A stretch of 64,000 bases of DNA from NCBI GenBank assembly GCA_964426415.1, contig CAYRQM010000001.1, forward strand, positions 2,803-66,802, read 5' to 3'. The DNA is from an uncultured Christensenella sp. (GTDB lineage Bacteria; Bacillota; Clostridia; Christensenellales; CAG-138). The translations under genes were made by a program, and so were the position numbers. The number at the start of each line of letters is the position of its first letter. The stretch's first letter is position 1. Below the pieces are notes generated by a model. That model searched no databases. It had not been told where the DNA came from and saw nothing but the letters and a program-made list of their open reading frames with translations. Below, one piece after another: positions 56,366 through 62,901 of this stretch.

Positions 56366-57904
56366 TCACGGCGCGAAGGAAAACGGCGACAGCACCACAT
56401 AACGTTTGGTCGAAGGGACGCCTGTCCAGTCCGAGCCGTCGGCGTGCGATTGGGGATGGACGGGTACGACATAGTACGCATACGTTCCCATCAACCCCGT
56501 CACATCGTCTTGGTAGGTCACCTTTTGGTAGCCGCCCGGAAGGGTGGCAAGGAGGATAGAGAATCCCGATTCGTCCTGCCGATACAGGCGATAGCGGACG
56601 AAGGGCGAACGCGGCGTAAAGGAGATGTCAACCAGCGCGTTCGTGCGCAGCACGACCAAATCGGTGGGCGGTTCGGGCGTTTGCCAATAGGCGGATTCCT
56701 CGGTGGGCGCGGTGCCGACGACGAAGTATTCGGTCTGCGCACGATTGGCAGGCGTTTGCGCGCTTGCAAGCACGGGAACGTGCGTGGAGCTGAGGGTATA
56801 GCTGTCCAGCTGTACGGCGACGACGTCGTCGGGCTGCACGAAGCGGGGCGCATCGCCGTTCGGATACAACGCGGAGAAAATTCCCGCAAGCAGCATGGCG
56901 GGATAGCCGCCGCCGCCCGTACCCACGGGCAGAATGCGGCCGTTTTTGGCGTCGTCGAATCCCATCCAAACGACCGCCGCGTAGGCGGGATTGCACGCCG
57001 CAAGCCAAATGTCGCGGTTGCCCGTGTCGTCGCCCACCGTGCCCGTCTTGGCGGCAAGCCCCAAATGCAGCGCGCCCAGCGTTTTTGCCGTGCCGTATTC
57101 CGCCACGTCCTGCAGCATCGACAGCAGCACAAACGCGTTCCCTTTTTGCATGACGCGCACCGCATCGTCCTGCGCTTCGTACAAAACATTGCCGTGGCTG
57201 TCGGTGATGCGGGTGACCGTGTGGGGCGTGCGATACACGCCGCCGCTTGCGATGGCGGCATAGGCACCCGCCAATTCGGTGGGGCTGACGCCGTAGGTAA
57301 AGCCGCCCAGCGCCAGCGCCAGCGCGTTGTCACGGGCGCTGAAGGGGATGCCAAGCCGTTCGGCAAACGCTTTGCAGCGCGATACGCCCAGCGCGTCGAA
57401 CAGCGCAACGGCAGGCACGTTCAGCGAACGCGTTACCGCTTCGCGCATCGTCACCCAGCCCGCGTAGGAATCGTTGGCGTTGTGCGGCATGTATTCTTGG
57501 AATGCCGTCGCGTCGTCCAAAAGCATGGAGGCGGCGGTGTAGCCCGCTTCCAATGCGGGCGCGTAGACAAGGATCGGCTTGATGGCGCTGCCAGGCTGCC
57601 TGCGAATCCGCGTGGCACGGTTAAACGACAGCGCCGTGGTGTTGTCGCGCCCGCCGACGATGGCGGCGATTCCGCCCGTCGCTGTGTCCACGAACACAAC
57701 CGCGCCCTCCGAAAATTCGCCGTTGACGGAGGGAAAGTTGGCGTCGTTCAAAAACGCCGCTTCGCAAAGGGATTGCAGCGAAGGCTTTAGCTCCGTTTCG
57801 ATGCGATAGCCGCCCGACAACAGCGTGGACATCTCCACGTTTAGCAGCGCGCAGGATTCGGTGAGCGCCAAATCCACATAGTAGCCGCGCTTGCCTTGGG
57901 TCAA
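56366..57904 (-). CDS. PBP fragment 2: transpeptidase domain + C-terminal beta-rich domain (no own SD; TTG pseudo-start)
   Basis: QPGSAIKP (SxxK), SLN and KTGT. Confidence 0.6.
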   Translation of the reverse strand: MTQGKRGYYVDLALTESCALLNVEMSTLLSGGYRIETELKPSLQSLCEAAFLNDANFPSVNGEFSEGAVVFVDTATGGIAAIVGGRDNTTALSFNRATRIRRQPGSAIKPILVYAPALEAGYTAASMLLDDATAFQEYMPHNANDSYAGWVTMREAVTRSLNVPAVALFDALGVSRCKAFAERLGIPFSARDNALALALGGFTYGVSPTELAGAYAAIASGGVYRTPHTVTRITDSHGNVLYEAQDDAVRVMQKGNAFVLLSMLQDVAEYGTAKTLGALHLGLAAKTGTVGDDTGNRDIWLAACNPAYAAVVWMGFDDAKNGRILPVGTGGGGYPAMLLAGIFSALYPNGDAPRFVQPDDVVAVQLDSYTLSSTHVPVLASAQTPANRAQTEYFVVGTAPTEESAYWQTPEPPTDLVVLRTNALVDISFTPRSPFVRYRLYRQDESGFSILLATLPGGYQKVTYQDDVTGLMGTYAYYVVPVHPQSHADGSDWTGVPSTKRYVVLSPFSFAP

Positions 57905-57907
57905 ATG

Positions 57908-58705
57908 TTAGGAAAGCACCAACGGTTCCGCCTTTGCCGTCTTGCAGGCCTGCTCGGAGATCATGCCGTATTCCTGCATCAAGTCCAAAATGACGCCGCG
58001 CCGCCCCACCGACGCTTCGGGCCGCAAATGGGGCGCAAAGCGGGACGGCGACTTGAGCACGCCCGCCAAAAGCGCGCTTTGTGCCAGCGACAGGTCTTTG
58101 GCGGACACGCCGAAATAGCCTTGCGCCGCCGCTTCCACGCCGTAGTAGCCGCCGCCGAAGTAGACGAGGTTCAGATAAAAGTTGAGAATTTCCTCCTTGT
58201 TGTATCGCCGCTCCAGCTGATACGCCAAGATGGCTTCGTCCACCTTGCGATCCAGCGTCTTTTCGGAGGAAAGATGGGTGAGCTTGATGAGCTGCTGCGT
58301 GATGGTGGACGCGCCCTGCACGAAGGAGCCCGCTTTCAAATCCTCCAGCGCGGCGCCCACGATGCGGATGGGGTCGACGCCGTTGTGCGCATAAAAGCGC
58401 GCATCCTCCGCCGCGATGAAGGCGTTTTTGACGTGATCGGGCAGCGCGGCAACGTCGATGGTGACGCGATTTTCGGAATCGTACAGCCGCGAGACCACTT
58501 CGCCGTCCCCGTCATACACCAACAGCGTTTGGGCGATGGCGGTGAACTTTTGCGGGTCGAGCAGATGCCACGCATCCCGCGATGCGATAAACGCGGCAAG
58601 CGCAAGGAACGGCGTCAACAGCACAAAGGCGGCGCAAAGCAAAAAACGCCGTCTGCGGCGACGACGAGCAAGGCTGTGATAGGTGTTCAAAATGGTGGCG
58701 CGCAT
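57908..58705 (-). CDS. PBP fragment 1: TM anchor + GT51 peptidoglycan glycosyltransferase domain
   Basis: From MRATILNTYH (ATG 58705). Motifs AAEDARFYAHNGVD, GASTITQQL and RKVDEAILAYQLE. Confidence 0.7.
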   Translation of the reverse strand: MRATILNTYHSLARRRRRRRFLLCAAFVLLTPFLALAAFIASRDAWHLLDPQKFTAIAQTLLVYDGDGEVVSRLYDSENRVTIDVAALPDHVKNAFIAAEDARFYAHNGVDPIRIVGAALEDLKAGSFVQGASTITQQLIKLTHLSSEKTLDRKVDEAILAYQLERRYNKEEILNFYLNLVYFGGGYYGVEAAAQGYFGVSAKDLSLAQSALLAGVLKSPSRFAPHLRPEASVGRRGVILDLMQEYGMISEQACKTAKAEPLVLS

Positions 58706-58733
58706 GGGGGTATCATGCCCCGCGCCGCATGGT

Positions 58734-59264
58734 TTATGCGCAGCCCAACGCCTTGCGCAAGCGGCGTTCGTACAGCCGCGCAAACAGATGATAGGCGACG
58801 TCCTCGGCAAAGAACAGGAACGCGGCGCCCAAGATTGCCAGCACATGGCCAAAGAATCCGACACCGTACAGCGCGTAAGCGCCCGTGCAAAGACGCAGCA
58901 GCAACACCGCCAGCAATAGCGACGCAAAGCACGCCAGCACACACGCTGCCGACGCGCCCACACGCGATTTGATGTGTTGGGCAAAGAAGGTGCGCAGCGG
59001 CGCAAACGGCGCCAGCACGGAAAGATTCAGCAGCCAAACGTAGTGCCGGACGGGCAGGAAAAAGACGAACAACGCCGTCAAAAGGGTGGCGACGCACAGT
59101 CCGACCCAACGCTTTTCCCGCACGAGCGGGTAGTTGAGCACCGACAGCGGCAGCAAAAACAGCAACGCGAACCAGCCTGTGCATTCCGCCGCCCAAAGCA
59201 GCAGCAGCGACAGCGCGCCGACCATCAGCGATAGACCGATTCCGTTGTGCTTCCGATGTTCCAT
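58734..59264 (-). CDS. hypothetical polytopic membrane protein
   Basis: 176 aa from MEHRKHNGIG with about five hydrophobic segments. The start overlaps the upstream stop (TGATG). Confidence 0.55.
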   Translation of the reverse strand: MEHRKHNGIGLSLMVGALSLLLLWAAECTGWFALLFLLPLSVLNYPLVREKRWVGLCVATLLTALFVFFLPVRHYVWLLNLSVLAPFAPLRTFFAQHIKSRVGASAACVLACFASLLLAVLLLRLCTGAYALYGVGFFGHVLAILGAAFLFFAEDVAYHLFARLYERRLRKALGCA

Positions 59265-59737
59265 CAGAGCTTCACGACAGGGATGCCCTTGTCCTCCGCC
59301 ATGCGAACGAGCTGTGCCGCGTCGCCTTTGGAATTGTGGGGCAGGTATGCGATGCAAAGATCGGATTTGTCCGCCATGCGGCGGTTGCGCTCCCGCAGAC
59401 ACCCGGGCAGCTTGCGCTCGGCAAGCAGATACGGCTTGTCCGCAAGCGCCAGCAGATTGCGATAGCGCTGCTTGTCCGTTTCGGAATAGGGGGCGTCCTG
59501 CTTGGGGTGGGGAATGTACACCGAAAGCTGCAGCGCGGGATAGTCGCGCTTGAGCAGCAGGATCAGCTCGGCGGCAAGCAGGTCAAAGCCTTGGGCGCCG
59601 CTCGTGAGAAAGGAAGTGTGGCCCGTGTTCAGCGCATCCAAAACGGCGTTTTTGAGATTCTCTCGCAAGGCGAGAAACGCAGACCCACCGACGGGCGGCA
59701 GCTCCGTACTGCCCGCAAAGCAACAGACCTTATCCAT
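59264..59737 (-). CDS. SLOG-family protein, YpsA/DUF1273-like
   Basis: 157 aa from MDKVCCFAGS after AAGGAG. It aligns with my recollection of B. subtilis YpsA (..SGAQGFDLLAAELILLLKRDYPALQLSVYIPH..). Confidence 0.65.
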   Translation of the reverse strand: MDKVCCFAGSTELPPVGGSAFLALRENLKNAVLDALNTGHTSFLTSGAQGFDLLAAELILLLKRDYPALQLSVYIPHPKQDAPYSETDKQRYRNLLALADKPYLLAERKLPGCLRERNRRMADKSDLCIAYLPHNSKGDAAQLVRMAEDKGIPVVKL

Positions 59738-60575
59738 GCTGCACTCCTTTCGCCATGGTGCGTCCATGCACCTCTTGCACCAGTATAGCATATTCCCCAC
59801 GGGAAAGTCTACCCATCCAGCCCGCAGCCAACGCATCGGCGTTTGCCAGCAGCTCGGGCACGGATTCGCTGCGCGTGTGCGCGCTGTCCCAAGGCGCCGC
59901 CCAAGCATGGTGCGCAAGGTTCAGACAATCGGTTTCGTCGGTGCGCGCACCCATCAAAAAGAACGCGCTCAAAAGCCCTTCCTTGCGAATAAGACGCTCT
60001 ATCGGCAGCAGACACTTGCGCTTGCGTCCGTTGGGATCGCGCAAAATGCGGAGTGCGCGCCAAAACTTCTTGGCGCTGCGGGCATACGCGCCCGAAACGT
60101 CCGCCTGCATCGTGTCCTTTGAAACGGCGGTCAACAGCGCGTCCACCGCATCGACGGCGGGACAGCGCAAAAGCATTGCGTCAAACGGCGTCGTATCCTT
60201 GCTTTGCGCATAGATGCACGCGTCGATGTCGCCCTCAAAACGGGTGTGGTCGATCCCGCTGTGGTGCGCCTCTACATAGGGGTGCAGCGTGCTGTCCAGC
60301 GCCATGTGGGTGAGAAACCCGTATAGATATGGCGTCGTGTCCGCGTCGGCGTGACAAAGCAGCGCGGCAAGCAGGTCGCCGCAGTCCAGCGCGTGCAGGC
60401 GGTTGCCGTGCTTCTTTTGCGGCGGAATGAACGGCGTCGGCGGCAGGCGGTCAAAGAAATACACGTCGGGGCCGAGACAGCCCAACGCGAACAGGAAAAG
60501 ATTTTGTTCGGTGACGACGCCGAGCCGCTTGCCGAGCGCGTAGCCGAACGCGAGATGGGTGCAAATATATGGCAT
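59730..60575 (-). CDS. zinc-dependent phospholipase C-family-like hydrolase
   Basis: 281 aa from MPYICTHLAFG. It is His-rich (THLAFG, HALD, THMALDSTLHPY, HH). The family assignment is from memory and tentative. Confidence 0.5.
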   Translation of the reverse strand: MPYICTHLAFGYALGKRLGVVTEQNLFLFALGCLGPDVYFFDRLPPTPFIPPQKKHGNRLHALDCGDLLAALLCHADADTTPYLYGFLTHMALDSTLHPYVEAHHSGIDHTRFEGDIDACIYAQSKDTTPFDAMLLRCPAVDAVDALLTAVSKDTMQADVSGAYARSAKKFWRALRILRDPNGRKRKCLLPIERLIRKEGLLSAFFLMGARTDETDCLNLAHHAWAAPWDSAHTRSESVPELLANADALAAGWMGRLSRGEYAILVQEVHGRTMAKGVQHG

Positions 60576-60581
60576 ACCCAT

Positions 60582-60587
60582 ATTATA
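60582..60587 (-). promoter_or_regulatory. -10 box TATAAT placed N6 before ATG 60575 (leaderless candidate; -35 weak)
   Basis: The minus strand reads ggTATAATatgggtATGcc. No SD. Confidence 0.4.
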
Positions 60588-60725
60588 CCGTATTTTCCGA
60601 AATTTGCATCCCTTTTGTCTCGGCTTTTTTATCTTTTTGTAAACGAAATGCAAAATCACACCCAAATCCGCGGGAACATGGTAGAATGAGCGCAGAATAT
60701 AACGACGCTTTGAGGAGTGTACGCC

Positions 60726-61613
60726 ATGAAACGAATCAAAAATCGCAGACGCGTTCTGCGCATCCATAATCCCATCGGCTTCTCGCTGCTCTGCTGCGCG
60801 TGCATCTTGGTGCTGGCGCTGATCGGCGTGGGCATTTGGGCATTGGTGGTTTACGGGCCCGACATGGCGCGCTGCGTCAAGTCCGAAATTGCAGGCGCGG
60901 CAGACGCCACCGCAGCGCCCACCTATACGCCCGAGCCGACCGCGACGTCAACCGCGTCCACCGACCCGAACGCTGCCGAAACGCCCAACGCGACGACGCC
61001 CGCTGAAGCCACCGAAACCGCGACGCCCGAAGCGGCGGCGACCGAATCGCCCGTCATCCAAACCGCCGACCCGAACGCGCCGCTGTACGGCTACACCATC
61101 GGGCTGGATCCCACCCGCGACGGCGATTCCAAGTACGACGCGGAATGCGCATACAACTTGCAGCTCGCACAAGAGCTGCAGGCGTATCTGGAGAGCAAGG
61201 GCGCAACGGTCATCGTGACCCGCGACGACAACGACAGCTCCGTTTCCAACGACAAGCGTGCCGACATCATCGACGAAGCGTCGTGCAACATCGCGCTGCG
61301 TCTGATGTGCAACCACATCTCGTCCTCGTCGTCCGGCTGCTATGTGCAGACCAGCAGCCGTTACGAGTCCATGGGCAAAGCGTTCATCGACACCTATTCC
61401 GACATGACGGGCATCAAGAAGCAGGCGGGCAAGAGCAGCGGCTGGGAAAAGAAATCCGACGCCGTGGGCAAGCAAACCCATTGTCCCACCATCATGCTCA
61501 TTCTGGGCAACTGGGACAACAAGAGCGAACGCGCAAATATGCAGGACGACGCGTTCCGTCGGACGATGATCGAAGCCATCTACCAAGGTCTTTTGGACGC
61601 GCTGACCCAATAG
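60726..61613 (+). CDS. Amidase_3-like membrane-anchored protein with degenerate active-site motifs (probable non-catalytic paralog)
   Basis: ATG 60726 after GAGGAG. It has a TM anchor and a Pro/Thr/Ala-rich linker. The motifs read GLDPTRDG (versus DPGH), ECAYNLQL, LMCNH and LILGNWDN (versus IEMG..TN). Confidence 0.7.
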   Translation: MKRIKNRRRVLRIHNPIGFSLLCCACILVLALIGVGIWALVVYGPDMARCVKSEIAGAADATAAPTYTPEPTATSTASTDPNAAETPNATTPAEATETATPEAAATESPVIQTADPNAPLYGYTIGLDPTRDGDSKYDAECAYNLQLAQELQAYLESKGATVIVTRDDNDSSVSNDKRADIIDEASCNIALRLMCNHISSSSSGCYVQTSSRYESMGKAFIDTYSDMTGIKKQAGKSSGWEKKSDAVGKQTHCPTIMLILGNWDNKSERANMQDDAFRRTMIEAIYQGLLDALTQ

Positions 61614-61617
61614 AACC

Positions 61618-62130
61618 ATGCAGTACCGACTGGTCTATTCCCTCGCCTGTGCCGAGGACGATACCGAACAACAGCGTGCCGAACAGCAGGCGCAGATCGA
61701 CGCGTACTTCGATGCATACGCGCCCGCGCAGCAGCGGCTGTCCAAGGCGTTTCGCGCCAAGTTTGAGGACGGCGTGTTCAACGGATTTGTGCTGCGCGGC
61801 GTTGCGCTGCTCCCCAAAGCGGGAAATGCAGCGCGCCGCGTGGTCTTGACCGTCGAGGAGTGGGAGCCGCACGTCGGCGCCCGCATCTACCAAATCACCT
61901 ATCGCGGCGTCACGTCCTTTTGCGCCGACTTTTCTTCCGTGGAGGGGCTTTGCGTCTTTCAGTCCGAAGTGCTGCCCTGCGGCGACGGCGTTTCCCACGA
62001 ATTTTTGTTTGAAACGCAAAGCGGACAGACCGCCACCCTGCGGGTGGAATGCGCCCGCATCGGATTGAATATAGAGAATGGAGCTGCGGAACGCGGCGAA
62101 CATTCTGCGTGTGCACACAACCCTGCATAG
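61618..62130 (+). CDS. hypothetical protein
   Basis: 170 aa. It starts 4 nt after the upstream stop and has GC3-rich coding-like composition. I recognise no family. Confidence 0.5.
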   Translation: MQYRLVYSLACAEDDTEQQRAEQQAQIDAYFDAYAPAQQRLSKAFRAKFEDGVFNGFVLRGVALLPKAGNAARRVVLTVEEWEPHVGARIYQITYRGVTSFCADFSSVEGLCVFQSEVLPCGDGVSHEFLFETQSGQTATLRVECARIGLNIENGAAERGEHSACAHNPA

Positions 62131-62335
62131 GTGCGGGAGCGATGCGCAGCATCGCCGAGGAGCAAAGCGACGAGCGGCGCAGTCCGCGCCGGTTTCTAGG
62201 TATGCAGCTGACTCTTGCGGCGTGCTGTAATCGTGCGAAGCACGTCAATCAGCTTTTACGCGCAAGGCGCGCTACCCAATGCAGCCGCCATCATCGTTTG
62301 TAACTTGTACACACAAGCAGCACCGCCCCACGCGG

Positions 62336-62409
62336 TCATTCTGAGGCATGGAAAGTGCCGAAGAATCTCCCGCTTACACGCGAGATCCTTCGCCGAAGCT
62401 CAGGATGAC
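62336..62409. repeat. nested imperfect palindrome GTCATTCTGAG..CGAAGAATCTC..GAGATCCTTCG..CTCAGGATGAC
   Basis: The outer arms at 62336-62346 and 62399-62409 match 10/11. The inner arms at 62359-62369 and 62382-62392 match 10/11. Confidence 0.7.
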
Positions 62410-62544
62410 AACGGGGGCGTATTGCGTCCCTTTCCCGAAAACCGTGTACACGGGTTACCCGCAAAAGGTTGGTAGCGCCGCGTAGGCGTTGCGAAGGCGT
62501 TTACAACCGAACAGCCGTAGCGAGGGCGTGACCTTTTGCGGAGA

Positions 62545-62632
62545 GGAGGCGCGACGGAGCAGACGCACGGCACTTTCCGCAGAAAGTGCCGTGCGTTACG
62601 CGGAGTCCGCGCCTCCGACGCATCGGCTTTTT
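62545..62632 (+). terminator. long composite hairpin plus short hairpin/T run immediately upstream of the ileS promoter
   Basis: GGAGGCGCG (62545-53) pairs with CGCGCCTCC (62608-16). The inner 15-bp perfect stem is ACGCACGGCACTTTC-CGCA-GAAAGTGCCGTGCGT (62563-96). CCGA-CGCA-TCGG and CTTTTT follow. Confidence 0.45.
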
Positions 62633-62636
62633 CCCC

Positions 62637-62665
62637 TTTACAAATCGCGCACAAGCGGTTATAAT
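62637..62665 (+). promoter_or_regulatory. promoter TTTACA-17-TATAAT of the ileS T-box leader
   Basis: Read directly. Confidence 0.65.
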
Positions 62666-62671
62666 ATAAAA

Positions 62672-62892
62672 GAAAACGTTGAACGGGACGGGTCTGTGTT
62701 ATAAGTTTTCAGCGAACCGCGACGGTGCAAGGCGGCAATGGCGGCACAGACGATCACCCGTGAGTGGGGCGATGAACCGAGTAGTCGCTTCCGTGCGCCT
62801 CGCGTTAAGGGGCTTGAGTGGGCATTTTGCCAACCGAGGTGGTACCGCGGAGCGTCGCTTCGTCCTCTATGGACGGGACGTTTTATTTTTTA
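62672..62892 (+). promoter_or_regulatory. T-box riboswitch leader, Ile specifier (AUC at 62753-62755)
   Basis: T-box sequence GAGGTGGTACCGCG at 62836-62849. A terminator (CGTCC-TCTAT-GGACG extended) plus TTTTATTTTTT follows. Stem I has an AGCGA bulge and a GGTGCAA distal loop, with helix GTCTGTG/CACAGAC next to G-AUC-A. Confidence 0.8.
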
Positions 62893-62901
62893 GGAGGCGT
62901 T

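Larger units (their letters stand above)
56366..58705 (-). pseudogene. class A penicillin-binding protein (GT51 glycosyltransferase + transpeptidase) interrupted by an in-frame TAA at 57908-57910
   Basis: The two ORFs are in the same frame: ...AEPLVLS-TAA-H-L-TQGKRGYYVDL. The upstream part has the GT51 motifs and the downstream part has SxxK/SxN/KTG. Confidence 0.75.

Noticed and set aside
58706-59005. Long N-terminal extensions offered by the ORF track, e.g. 58706-59005, 59265-59402, 59738-59917, 60576-60767, 21565-21675, 17197-17304, 36158-36271, 40252-40452 and 54386-54541
   Set aside because: The extensions are Arg/Cys/Pro-rich, overlap upstream genes or promoters, and lack SDs. Internal ATGs with an SD or a -10-N6 context begin recognisable protein N termini such as signal peptides, HTH motifs and TM anchors.
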